A stretch of DNA of 64,000 bases, from assembly GCA_963829445.1 (NCBI GenBank), contig CAWHIW010000017.1, forward strand, positions 89,225 through 153,224. Reading direction: 5' to 3'. The position numbers and the translations under genes were made by a program. The notes under the pieces are model-generated. The model did no database searches, was not told the DNA's origin, and was given only the letters and a program-made list of their open reading frames with translations. Below, in pieces: positions 20,855 to 29,287 of this stretch (within the stretch, counting starts at the first letter, position 1; each line of letters starts with the position of its first letter). The DNA is from an uncultured Solirubrobacterales bacterium (GTDB taxonomy: Bacteria; Actinomycetota; Thermoleophilia; Solirubrobacterales; 70-9).

Positions 20855-20971
20855 GGAGAGGTGGGGTGCCCTCTCGCGCAGCGGCGCTCTCTTTTTCGCC
20901 TGCTAGGCGCAGCGAGAGCTGGTCACTCCACAGCGAAAAAGTCAGCAAGCGAGAGGGCACCCCACCTCTCC
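20855..20971 (-). repeat. Family A long hairpin repeat, copy A2 (inverted relative to A1)
   Basis: The arms are GGAGAGGTGGGGTGCCCTCTC / GAGAGGGCACCCCACCTCTCC. The inner blocks GCGCAGCGGCGCTCTCTTTTTCGC and GCGAAAAAGTCAGCAAGC are reverse complements of those in A1/A3. Confidence 0.7.
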
Positions 20972-20988
20972 CCCCAACCTCCCGAAAT

Positions 20989-21699
20989 TCAGGGCATCCT
21001 GGTCGCAGCTTCCCGCCGCGAATTCCAGGTCGCCAGCGGCGCCGCGGTCATCTCTTCCCAGGCGGCGTCCTCGCCGAAGAACTGCATCACCACGAAGTGC
21101 AGCAGCCCCGGCAGCATCTCCGGCGCGGTCTCCGGTTCGTCGCTCATCAGCTTGGTCCGCACAAGAGTCTCGATAGCCCCTACCATGAAGGGTGCCGTTA
21201 CAGGAGGTGGAGCTTGGCGAGAGGGGATCTCGCGGCGTGCGCCGTCAATGGCGTGGGAGAGGCGCTCCATCAAAAGATCATGTTCAGCGAGCGCAGCGCC
21301 GCCGGCGGCGTGGGCCTCGACGAACAGCGCCCGGGCCAGGGCCGGCTGGTTGGCGCAGAACTCGAGCAGCTCGGCCAGCGCCGCCCGCAGGCCCTCGCGC
21401 CAGCTCGGCTGGCGCTTGGCGATGCCGGTGAGCCGCTGGTAGAGCCAGCCGGCGGCGTCGCCGTAGGCCTGGGCGAAGCAGTCCTCCTTGCCCTCGAAGT
21501 GCTTGTAGAAGGTCGCGCGGCTGGCCCCGGCGCGCTCGATCACATCCTGGACGGAGATGTGCTCGTAGCCGCGCTCGCCGCTGACCAAGAGGACCGCCTC
21601 GAGGATTCGCTCACGGGCGCGGCGGACACGGCGGCCGGGGAAGGGGACGACTGCGGCGGCCTTCTCGTCGTCAATGGCTGCGGAAGTCTGATCGGACAT
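20989..21699 (-). CDS. TetR family transcriptional regulator (paralog 1 of a 4-gene cluster)
   Basis: Intact 236-aa ORF with HTH ERGYEHISVQDVIERAGASRATFYKHFEGKEDCF. Confidence 0.85.
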   Translation of the reverse strand: MSDQTSAAIDDEKAAAVVPFPGRRVRRARERILEAVLLVSGERGYEHISVQDVIERAGASRATFYKHFEGKEDCFAQAYGDAAGWLYQRLTGIAKRQPSWREGLRAALAELLEFCANQPALARALFVEAHAAGGAALAEHDLLMERLSHAIDGARREIPSRQAPPPVTAPFMVGAIETLVRTKLMSDEPETAPEMLPGLLHFVVMQFFGEDAAWEEMTAAPLATWNSRREAATRMP

Positions 21700-21802
21700 C
21701 GCCTGGACCTTTCGAAAACAAGCACCTTTTGTCTAGATATAGCAGCTTTCAGAGACACCGATGATCAGAACGCCAGAGTTTCTAGAGAAAAGGAAAGTAG
21801 AC

Positions 21803-21821
21803 ACCAGGTGAACGTTCTGGT
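21803..21821. promoter_or_regulatory. Candidate operator palindrome in the TetR/TetR divergent spacer
   Basis: ACCAGGTGAACGTTCTGGT, an imperfect palindrome centred on GAACGTTC in an AT-rich 133-nt spacer. TCTAGA also occurs twice, at 21733 and 21781. Confidence 0.3.
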
Positions 21822-21832
21822 ATCTTGCCGGT

Positions 21833-22519
21833 ATGGCGAAGCAGCGCCCACTGTCGGAGCGGCTTTCGAAGCTCCCCCCGGGGAGGCACCTGATCCCAAG
21901 CGACTACGTCTCGCAGAACCAGCGCGAGCGAATCCTGCTGGCGACGGCGGAGCTGGTCGCCGAACGCGGCTACCAGAAGACCACGATCGAGCTGATCGCG
22001 AAGACGTCGAAGGTCGCCCTGGTCACCTTCTACGAGCACTTCCCGAGCAAGGAGGAGTGCTTTCTCGCCGCCTTGGACGAGAGTGCCGCCGCCGCCAGGG
22101 AGGTCTTCGCCGAGCTGCTGGACCCCGAGCAGCCCTGGCAGGAGCAGATCTCCGCCGGGCTCGAGATCTTCCTCGAGATGGTGGTCAAAGAGCAGGCGCG
22201 GGCGAAGCTCTGCATCGTCGAGGCCCAGGCCGCCGGCACCGCCTCGCTCGCCCGCTACCAGCAGATGCTGGAGAGCGTGGCACCGAAGCTGCGCGAGGGG
22301 CGCGAGTTCAACCCGCGGGCGAGCCGGCTTCCGGATGGGCTCGAGGTGGCGATCGCCGGCGGGATCGTCTGGCTGGTGCACCAGCGCCTGGTCGCCGACG
22401 ACGTCGAGGGACTGATGGCGCTGCTGCCGGAGATGCTGCAGGTGACGCTGACGCCTTATGTCGGAGAGGTCGAGGCGGGGCGGGCCGCCGATGCGGCCCA
22501 GGCCCGGGTGGCCGCCTGA
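21833..22519 (+). CDS. TetR family transcriptional regulator (paralog 2)
   Basis: Intact 228-aa ORF with LPPGRHLIPSDYVSQNQRERIL... and HTH ERGYQKTTIELIAKTSKVALVTFYEHFPSKEECF. Confidence 0.85.
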   Translation: MAKQRPLSERLSKLPPGRHLIPSDYVSQNQRERILLATAELVAERGYQKTTIELIAKTSKVALVTFYEHFPSKEECFLAALDESAAAAREVFAELLDPEQPWQEQISAGLEIFLEMVVKEQARAKLCIVEAQAAGTASLARYQQMLESVAPKLREGREFNPRASRLPDGLEVAIAGGIVWLVHQRLVADDVEGLMALLPEMLQVTLTPYVGEVEAGRAADAAQARVAA

Positions 22520-22553
22520 GGACCACGAGCGCAGGGGGCAGGGCCGGGCTGAT

Positions 22554-23189
22554 GTGAACGCAGAAACCGAGCCCGGGACCGCGGTGAGCGAGGATCCGGT
22601 CCGCAAGCGGATCGCCCTGGCGATGATCGAGCTGGCCGCCGAGCACGGCCTCGACCTGACCACGGTGGCGATGGTCTGCGAACGCGCCGGTGTCGGCCGT
22701 GCCGCCTTCGACCGCAACTTCACCGGCAAGGAGGACTGCTTTCTCAAGGTCCACGGCGAGGTCGCGCTCGAGTTCTGCCAGCGCGCCGGTGCCGCCTACG
22801 CCGGCCCGCGGGCCTGGCACGACCGGATCTGGGCCGGCGCCTGGGCGGCGATGCGCTTCCTCCAGGAGGATCCGGTCCGGGCCCGCTTCTTCGTCGTCGC
22901 GGTCAACGGCGCCGGCACCCGCGCCCAGGCCCGGCGCGACCGCGTCCTGCAGGGCCTCGCCGACATGATCGATGCCGGCCGCGGCGAGCTCGAGGAACCG
23001 GAGTCGGTCTCCCGCAGCACCGCCGAGATGGTCAGCGGCGCGATCTACGGCACGATCATGACCAAGGTCCGCGACGGCGCGATCGAGCGCGACGAGGAAT
23101 TCCTCTCCGAGCTCGTCTACATGGCGATGATGCCCTACCTCGGCGCCCGCGCCGCCGAGGACGAGCTGCTGGTCCAGCCGCTGCACTGA
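22554..23189 (+). CDS. TetR family transcriptional regulator (paralog 3; start uncertain)
   Basis: HTH EHGLDLTTVAMVCERAGVGRAAFDRNFTGKEDCF. GTG 22554 is chosen; in-frame alternatives at 22458/22491 would overlap the upstream gene. Confidence 0.75.
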   Translation: MNAETEPGTAVSEDPVRKRIALAMIELAAEHGLDLTTVAMVCERAGVGRAAFDRNFTGKEDCFLKVHGEVALEFCQRAGAAYAGPRAWHDRIWAGAWAAMRFLQEDPVRARFFVVAVNGAGTRAQARRDRVLQGLADMIDAGRGELEEPESVSRSTAEMVSGAIYGTIMTKVRDGAIERDEEFLSELVYMAMMPYLGARAAEDELLVQPLH

Positions 23190-23214
23190 CGGAGGCCTCG
23201 GGTATGGTCGATGC

Positions 23215-23919
23215 GTGGCCAAGGCAGCGGCGAAAGGCAAAGGCAGGAAAGCGGGGGAGCCCGCCGCGGGGGCGTCCGCGTCGCCGCGCCTGCCCGCCGG
23301 GCGCCACGGGCTGCCGCGCGAGTTCATCGCCCAGAACCAGCGCGAGCGGATCATCACGGCGCTGGTCGACACCGTCGCCGAGCGCGGCTACAACGCGACC
23401 ACGGTCGCCCACATCACCAAAGCGGCCGCGGTCTCGCGCCGCACCTTCTACGAGCACTTCGCCGACAAGGAAGCCTGCTTCCTCGCCGCCTACGAGATGG
23501 TCGCCGACCACATCCGCGACTCGATGCAGGTCGCGGCCGAGGCCTTCGAGGAATGGCCGCAGAAGGTGCGGGCGGCGCTGGGGACGATGCTCAGCTTCCT
23601 CGCCGGCGAGCCGGACCTGGCCCGCGTCTGCATGATCGAGCCGGTCGCCGCCGGCGGCGAGATCGCGGCCAAGCACCGGGCCTCGATGCAGGGCTTCGTC
23701 GAGATCCTCAAGGCGGGGCGGCCCGAGCACAGCGGCGAGCGGCCGCTGCCGGAGGCGACCGAGGCGACCCTGGTCGGCGGCATCGTCTCCCTGATCGTGC
23801 GCGAGATCAACGCCGGCCGCACCGAGCGGCTGGAGGAGCTGCTGCCGGACCTGGTCGAGCTGACCCTGGCGCCGTACCTCGGCGGCGAGGAGGCCTCCCG
23901 CCTCGCCCGCCAGCCCTAG
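23215..23919 (+). CDS. TetR family transcriptional regulator (paralog 4)
   Basis: Intact 234-aa ORF with LPAGRHGLPREFIAQNQRERII... and HTH ERGYNATTVAHITKAAAVSRRTFYEHFADKEACF. Confidence 0.85.
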   Translation: MAKAAAKGKGRKAGEPAAGASASPRLPAGRHGLPREFIAQNQRERIITALVDTVAERGYNATTVAHITKAAAVSRRTFYEHFADKEACFLAAYEMVADHIRDSMQVAAEAFEEWPQKVRAALGTMLSFLAGEPDLARVCMIEPVAAGGEIAAKHRASMQGFVEILKAGRPEHSGERPLPEATEATLVGGIVSLIVREINAGRTERLEELLPDLVELTLAPYLGGEEASRLARQP

Positions 23920-23937
23920 AGGGACTGGCCGGCGGAG

Positions 23938-24789
23938 CTAAGGGGCCGCGGCCGTCTCGGCATCGGCGATTCCGGCGCCGCCTTTGCCGCCGGTCACCCC
24001 GCCCTCCTCGCTGGAGAGGCGATGGGCCAGGTACACGGGGATGATCGAGATCACGATCACGATCACCGCGACGGCGTTGACGATCGGGAGTTCGTGGGGG
24101 CGGAAGAGGTTGGAGTAGATCCAGATCGGCAGGGTCTGTTCGCCGGCCCCGATCGTGAAGTTGGTGACGATGATCTCGTCGAAGGAGAGCGCGAAGGCGA
24201 GCAGGCCGCCGGCGACCAGCGCGCTTTTCATCCCCGGGAAGGTGACGTAGCGAAAGGTCTGCCAGGTGTGGGCGCCGAGGTCGGCGGAGGCCTCCTCGAA
24301 GGATCCCGAGAGGCGCCGCAGCCGGGCGACGGAGTTGTTGTAGACGACGACGATGCAGAAGGTCGCGTGGCCGACGATCACCGTGAAGAGGCTGAGCGGG
24401 ACGCCGAGAACCTGGGTGAAGGTGTTGCTGATCGCGACGCCGGTGACGATCCCCGGCAGGGCGATCGGCAGGATCACCAGGAAGGAGATCGTCTCGCGGC
24501 CGAAGAAGCGGTGGCGGGCCACGGCGAGGGAGGCGAGGGTGCCGAGCAGCAGCGCGATCGCGGTGGCGATGACGCCGGCCTTGAGCGAGGTGAGGAAGGC
24601 CTCACGCGCCGCTTCGTCCTGGAAAGCCTGGGAGAACCAGTGGGTGGTCCAGCCCGGCGGCGGCCAGGCGAGGATCCTGCTCGAGTTGAAGGCGTAGATC
24701 ACGATCACGATCAGCGGGATGTAGATGAAGGCCAGGCCCAGCCCGACGGCGATCCGCAGCAGCAGGCGTGAGTTTCTCGAGAGCCTCAT
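23938..24789 (-). CDS. ABC transporter permease (PotC/PotI-like)
   Basis: Intact 283-aa multi-TM ORF with an EAA-like loop (FEEASADLGAHTWQTFRYVTFP). Confidence 0.9.
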   Translation of the reverse strand: MRLSRNSRLLLRIAVGLGLAFIYIPLIVIVIYAFNSSRILAWPPPGWTTHWFSQAFQDEAAREAFLTSLKAGVIATAIALLLGTLASLAVARHRFFGRETISFLVILPIALPGIVTGVAISNTFTQVLGVPLSLFTVIVGHATFCIVVVYNNSVARLRRLSGSFEEASADLGAHTWQTFRYVTFPGMKSALVAGGLLAFALSFDEIIVTNFTIGAGEQTLPIWIYSNLFRPHELPIVNAVAVIVIVISIIPVYLAHRLSSEEGGVTGGKGGAGIADAETAAAP

Positions 24790-24792
24790 CGT

Positions 24793-25680
24793 CTAGACGT
24801 GCTCGAAGGCGCCGAGCTTGCGGGCGACCAGGAGGTAGGCGATCATGACCACGATCGGCACCAGGGCCAAGGCCGCCGCGAAGGGCTGGTTGTTGGCGAT
24901 GTTGGAGAAGATGACGTTGCCGATGAACTGGTCGTTGGAGACCAGGCGCGGGGTGATGTAGTCACCGAGGGTGAGCGAGAAGGTGAAGATCGAGCCGGCG
25001 ACGACGGCGGGGAAGGAGAGCGGCAGGATCACCCGCCGGAAGGTCGTGAACGGGTGGGCGCCGAGGTCCTCGGAGGCGCTGATCAGCGAGTCGGGGATGC
25101 GCTCGAGGCCGGCGTAGATCGGCAGGATCATGTACGGCAGCCAGAGGTAGCTCATCACCAGCCAGACCGCGGTCGTGCCGTAGCCGGGGGTGTCGAGGCC
25201 GATCGGGCTCAGGGCCCAGTGAATCGCCCCGTTCGCCGAGAGCAGGGTCCGCCAGGCGTAGACCTTGACCAGGTAGCTCGACCAGAGCGGCAGCAGGATC
25301 CCGATCACCAGCAGCGCCTTGCCGCGGCGGCTGGCGAGCTTGGCCATGTAGAAGGCGATCGGGAAGGCGATCACCGCGTCGGTCAGGGTGACGAGCAGGG
25401 CGATCTTGATCGTGCGCCAGACGATGGTGCGGTAGACCGGTTCGTCGACCAGCGATTCGAAGTTTTCGAGCGTGAAGCTCTTGATGACGGCGCCGCTGAG
25501 CGGGTCGACCGACCAGAAGGCGGCGACCAGGAGCAGGGCCAGCGAGCCGAGGTAGCCGATCACCAGCCAGCCGACCGGGCCGGCGAGGAGCCCCGCTACC
25601 TGCAGGCGCGGGCGGCCGTGGAAGAGGCCGGCGAGCCGATGGCCGACCGACCTCCTCTCCGCGACCGCCTCAGATGCCAT
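24793..25680 (-). CDS. ABC transporter permease (PotB/PotH-like)
   Basis: Intact 295-aa multi-TM ORF with an EAA loop (SASEDLGAHPFTTFRRVILP). Confidence 0.9.
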   Translation of the reverse strand: MASEAVAERRSVGHRLAGLFHGRPRLQVAGLLAGPVGWLVIGYLGSLALLLVAAFWSVDPLSGAVIKSFTLENFESLVDEPVYRTIVWRTIKIALLVTLTDAVIAFPIAFYMAKLASRRGKALLVIGILLPLWSSYLVKVYAWRTLLSANGAIHWALSPIGLDTPGYGTTAVWLVMSYLWLPYMILPIYAGLERIPDSLISASEDLGAHPFTTFRRVILPLSFPAVVAGSIFTFSLTLGDYITPRLVSNDQFIGNVIFSNIANNQPFAAALALVPIVVMIAYLLVARKLGAFEHV

Positions 25681-25695
25681 GGATCAGGTCTCGAC

Positions 25696-26889
25696 TCAGC
25701 CTTTGATGGCCGTCCAGGCTTTGACCCAGTCGTTGTAGTCCATGCAGTCTTCCTTGCCGTTGCCGCAGTCGGCCAGCGGGGTTTCCCAGTAGGCGACCCG
25801 CTTCCAGAAGGCCGGTTCTTCGGCGTGGTATTCGGCGCAGAAGTTCTTGTTCGCGGTCTCTTCGCAAGCAAGTTCCTGCGCCGGCGCCTCGCCGAAGAAT
25901 TCGGCGACTTCGGCGTTGACCTTCGGTTCGATGATCCAGTTCATCCACTCGTACATGCAGTTGGGATGCTTGGCCGAGGAGCTGAGCATCCAGGTGTCCG
26001 ACCAGCCCGTCGCCCCCTCCTTCGGCAGGAAGCCCTGGCTGGCGGGGCTGGCGGCGACCGGGACGCCTTCGTCTTTGAGGAGGAAGTACTGGTATTGCCA
26101 GGTGGTCCCGACCGTGATGTCGCCACCGGCGAAGGCGGAGATCTGCTTCGCGGCTTCCGACCAGTATTCGCCGACGTTGGCCTGCTGTTCCTTCAGCAGG
26201 TCGATCGCGGCGTTGAACTGCTCTTCGTTCAGCTCGTAGGGGTTTTCGATTCCCAGGTCGGGCTGGTGGAATTTGAGGTAGAGGGCGGCATCGGCGATGT
26301 AGCTGGATTCGTCGTAGGCGCTGATCTTGCCCTTGTACTTGGCCGCGATCTTGGGGTCGAGCATGACGTCCCAGGAGTCGGGCGCCGGCTTGACATCGTC
26401 GCTGTTCCACATCAGCAGGTTGGCGCCGCGGCCGTGCGGGATGCCGTAGTTGACGCCTTCGAAGGTGTTGTACGGCTGGTCCTTGAGATCGCTGAAGACG
26501 GTCTTGTAGTTGGGGACGAGGTCGACGTTGACCGGGTCGACGAGGTTGGCGGCGACAAGGCGGGCGGTGGCGTTGCCCGAGGCGGAGACGCCGTCGTACT
26601 GGCCGGTTTTCATCAGCTCGACCATTTCGTCGGAGGTGCCGGCTTCCTTGTCGTTGACCTTGCAGCCGGTCTTGGCTTCGAACGGCTTCGTCCATTCTGG
26701 TTCGACGTAGCCGGCCCAGGAGATCAGGTTCAGCGCACCCTCGCCCTTGCCGACCTTCTGCAGCTCTTCGTCGCTGCCGCTGCTGTCGTCGCTGCTGGAG
26801 CCACAGCCGGCGAGGACGAGCATGAACACGACCAGACCGGCGACGACGAGCCACGCGGTGCGGGCGGAGTTGGCGTCCCTTCTCCTCAT
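25696..26889 (-). CDS. ABC transporter substrate-binding lipoprotein (PotD/PotF-like polyamine-type)
   Basis: 397 aa from ATG 26889. It has a signal peptide with lipobox LAGC and an extracellular solute-binding fold pattern ([14 protein letters not shown]...). Its ATG overlaps the stop of the ATPase gene. Confidence 0.85.
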   Translation of the reverse strand: MRRRDANSARTAWLVVAGLVVFMLVLAGCGSSSDDSSGSDEELQKVGKGEGALNLISWAGYVEPEWTKPFEAKTGCKVNDKEAGTSDEMVELMKTGQYDGVSASGNATARLVAANLVDPVNVDLVPNYKTVFSDLKDQPYNTFEGVNYGIPHGRGANLLMWNSDDVKPAPDSWDVMLDPKIAAKYKGKISAYDESSYIADAALYLKFHQPDLGIENPYELNEEQFNAAIDLLKEQQANVGEYWSEAAKQISAFAGGDITVGTTWQYQYFLLKDEGVPVAASPASQGFLPKEGATGWSDTWMLSSSAKHPNCMYEWMNWIIEPKVNAEVAEFFGEAPAQELACEETANKNFCAEYHAEEPAFWKRVAYWETPLADCGNGKEDCMDYNDWVKAWTAIKG

Positions 26890-27931
26890 GGTGAATCCTC
26901 CTTGTTGGTTGCTTTCCCCTGGACGGCGGCCGCGTGCTCCGGGCGCCACCCCACCAGAACCTCTTCTCCCTGCTCGGGCGACGCCGCTGCCGACGCGCCC
27001 TCCAAGTTCTGCCTGACCAGCTGCAGCTCGCCGCCGGCCTCGAGCGCCACCGTGTAGCGCGTCACCATCCCCGCGTAGGCGACCTCGGTCACTCGGCCGC
27101 GCTCGCTGTCGAGCCCGTCGGCGGCGGCGCCCGGCTCCAGCAGCACGATCTTCTCCGGGCGGATCGTCAGCCGCTCGCCGTCCGCGCTCGATCACGTTGG
27201 AGACGCCGACGAAGCCGGCGACGAACTCGTTGCGCGGGTGCTCGTAGAGCTCCTCGGGCGGGCTCACCTGCTCGATCCGGCCCTCGTTGAAGACGGCGAT
27301 GCGGTCGCTCATCGTCAGCGCCTCGTCCTGGTCGTGGGTGACGTAGACGAAGGTGATCCCGACCTCGCTCTGGATCGTCTTCAGCTCGACCTGCATCTGC
27401 TCGCGCAGCTTCAGGTCGAGGGCGCCGAGCGGCTCGTCCAGCAGCAGCACCTTGGGCCGGTTGACGATCGCCCGCGCCAGCGCCACCCGCTGGCGCTGGC
27501 CGCCGGAGAGCTCGCCCGGCTTGCGCTCGGCGTAGCCGGGCAGGCGGACCATCTCCAGCGCCTCGTCGCGGCGCTTGCGCCCGCTCGGCCTTGTCCACCC
27601 CGGCCACCTTGAGCCCGTAGGCGACGTTGTCGCCGACGGTCATGTGCGGGAACAGGGCGTAGTCCTGGAAGACGGTGTTGACGGCGCGGTCGTAGGGCGG
27701 CACCCCGCTGACCTCCTCGCCGGCCAGCTCGAGCGTGCCGCCGCTCGGGTCCTCGAAGCCGGCGATCATCCGCAGCGTCGTCGTCTTGCCCGAGCCGGAG
27801 GGGCCGAGGAAGGTGAAGAACTCGCCGCGCTGCACCTCGAGGTCAATTCCGGCAACCGCGACCACCTCGCCGTAGTGCTTGGTGAGGCCCGCCAGGCGGA
27901 TGTCGGGGGGTGAGGCGGCTACAGGCGTGAC
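26886..27931 (-). CDS. ABC transporter ATP-binding protein (PotA-like; 2-3 frame breaks; N-terminus unresolved)
   Basis: Walker [11 protein letters not shown]-loop, signature [14 protein letters not shown], Walker [12 protein letters not shown] and a C-terminal TOBE-like domain, spread over three ORF fragments. There is no canonical in-frame start upstream of 27865, and a C6 run lies at 27905-27910. Confidence 0.85.
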
Positions 27932-28012
27932 GTTATCCCAGCTGTCAGGAAAGCAAGGACAATTCAGTGGTCAGGCGTTGTACGGGGTGGAGTACGGGAG
28001 GCTTGGTGTGAG

Positions 28013-28131
28013 GGAGGAGTCGGGGGTCCCTCTCGCTTGCTGACTTTTTCGCTGGAGAGCAGCGCGGCTCTCGCCGAGCTTTGAAGGCGAAAAAGAGAGC
28101 GCCGCTGCGCGAGAGGGACCCCGACTCCTCC
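28013..28131 (+). repeat. Family A long hairpin repeat, copy A3
   Basis: The arms are GGAGGAGTCGGGGGTCCCTCTC / GAGAGGGACCCCGACTCCTCC. The inner blocks are GCTTGCTGACTTTTTCGC and GCGAAAAAGAGAGCGCCGCTGCGC. Confidence 0.7.
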
Positions 28132-28323
28132 AGCCACAGCCAGCTGCGATCCAGCTGGGGACCAAGGCTCGTTTGCGTAGAGGTGAGACGCTCGGATGGC
28201 CGGTTGAGAGCTGAGCGGGACGGAGCCCCGGCGCTGTTCAGCTAAGCCCAAGCGGCCTCGCCGATCTGCGCGAGTCCCTTGTTTGCTTCTCGCGTCACCC
28301 GGCCGTCAACTGAGGCGGAGCGT

Positions 28324-28436
28324 GGAGGGGCGGGTACCCCCTCCGAACGTTTTGCGCTTTTCGCCGACCGGCAACCTCGGACGGCCGTAAGCGATCCCAG
28401 CGAATAAGCGAGAGAGGAGGGGGTACCCGCCCCTCC
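28324..28436. repeat. Family A-like long hairpin repeat, copy A4 (diverged interior)
   Basis: The arms are GGAGGGGCGGGTACCCCCTCC / GGAGGGGGTACCCGCCCCTCC. The interior has GCGCTTTTCGCC ... GCGAATAAGCGAGAG in place of the CTTTTTCGC/GCGAAAAAG blocks. Confidence 0.55.
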
Positions 28437-28449
28437 CCTCTATCCAGCC

Positions 28450-29010
28450 TTAGTAGCCAGCCGGGTGACGCGCGACGTAACCGACGTTGTCGCGCAGTTC
28501 GGTGTGCCAGCGCGGGCCCGTTTCGCCACCTTCGTCGCCCGAGGTGTCCAGGCGCACGCCGGCGATCACCGCGTAGGCGTGGCCGGCGTTGGCGTAGACG
28601 GTGATCCAGCGGCCTTCGCCGGCTAGGCCCCAGCTTTCCATCGGGCCGGAGGGCAGCGGGCTTTCGAGGAATTCGCCGCCGTGCAGGGCGAAGCTGACGG
28701 AGCCGGAGCAGTCGTAGCCTTTGTCCCACCAGCGGCCGTGGCCGCCGCCGCAGATGTAGGGCTTGGTGCGGATCTTGTTGGCCGCTTCGATCACCGCGAC
28801 GACTTCGGGCGGGGCGCTTTTCGGGGGAATCAGTTCCCCGGTGGTTAGAAGCTTGGCTTTCGCGGTAGGGGTGCAGACATCGACCGCGGCGGGGGTGAGG
28901 CCTCCGGTGACGCACTTCGCGGAGGCACTGCCGGGAGCGACGAGAGCGACGACGACGAAAGCCGCCGATAGCGCTAGCGACGCTTTGAACTTCAAGTTGT
29001 CAAACAGCAA
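28450..29010 (-). CDS. Secreted NlpC/P60 (C40)-like cell-wall peptidase
   Basis: Intact 186-aa ORF with a TTG start and signal peptide (ALVAPGSASA). It has the catalytic-Cys context GYDCSGSVSFAL and a downstream His (NAGHAYAV). A c-di-AMP riboswitch precedes it. Confidence 0.7.
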   Translation of the reverse strand: MLFDNLKFKASLALSAAFVVVALVAPGSASAKCVTGGLTPAAVDVCTPTAKAKLLTTGELIPPKSAPPEVVAVIEAANKIRTKPYICGGGHGRWWDKGYDCSGSVSFALHGGEFLESPLPSGPMESWGLAGEGRWITVYANAGHAYAVIAGVRLDTSGDEGGETGPRWHTELRDNVGYVARHPAGY

Positions 29011-29021
29011 ACCGATCTCCT

Positions 29022-29150
29022 TTGTCGGCCTACGGGGTTAGCTGTCGGGCTAGCGCTAAGAAGAGCCTGCGCTCCCGCCTGAACCAGGCGAGTTAGCCCC
29101 GAAAACGTGGTTCCCCCGTTCCCACACCGCCTATGAGCGAGTGGGACTCG
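29022..29150 (-). promoter_or_regulatory. ydaO/yuaA-type cyclic-di-AMP riboswitch
   Basis: The minus strand reads ...GGAACGGGGGAACCACGUUUUCGGGGCUAACUC...GCUAGCCCGACAGCUAACCCCGUAGGCCGACAAAGGAG-N8-UUG. This matches, block for block, the ACGGxGGAACC, GGGGxUAAUC and CCCGACAGCUAACxCCGxAGGC blocks of characterised ydaO RNAs. The 3-prime end abuts the RBS. Confidence 0.8.
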
Positions 29151-29287
29151 GCGTTTCGGTTCTACGGACCGGCGGCAGTCTAGACCATCGGCCGGCGCCT
29201 TGCTCACAAAACGCAAACATTTAGTGGCCTTTCGCACTTTCATCCCGTATTCCTGTCGGCAGCACGGCTGCTAGCTTGGGCCTTGGG

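Noticed and set aside
20851-20978. Whether Family A elements could be integron attC sites (structure conserved, sequence variable).
   Set aside because: The ends read 5-prime GGTTGG...CCAACC 3-prime, the opposite polarity to attC (R'' RYYYAAC ... R' GTTRRRY). The sequence between paired copies has no credible cassette ORF. No intI integrase or attI is present.
20563-28436. Whether the paired Family A repeats could be a CRISPR array.
   Set aside because: The copies are long internal palindromes of about 120 nt, not 25-40-nt direct repeats. There are only two per locus and some are in inverted orientation. There is no regular spacer length and no cas genes in the window.
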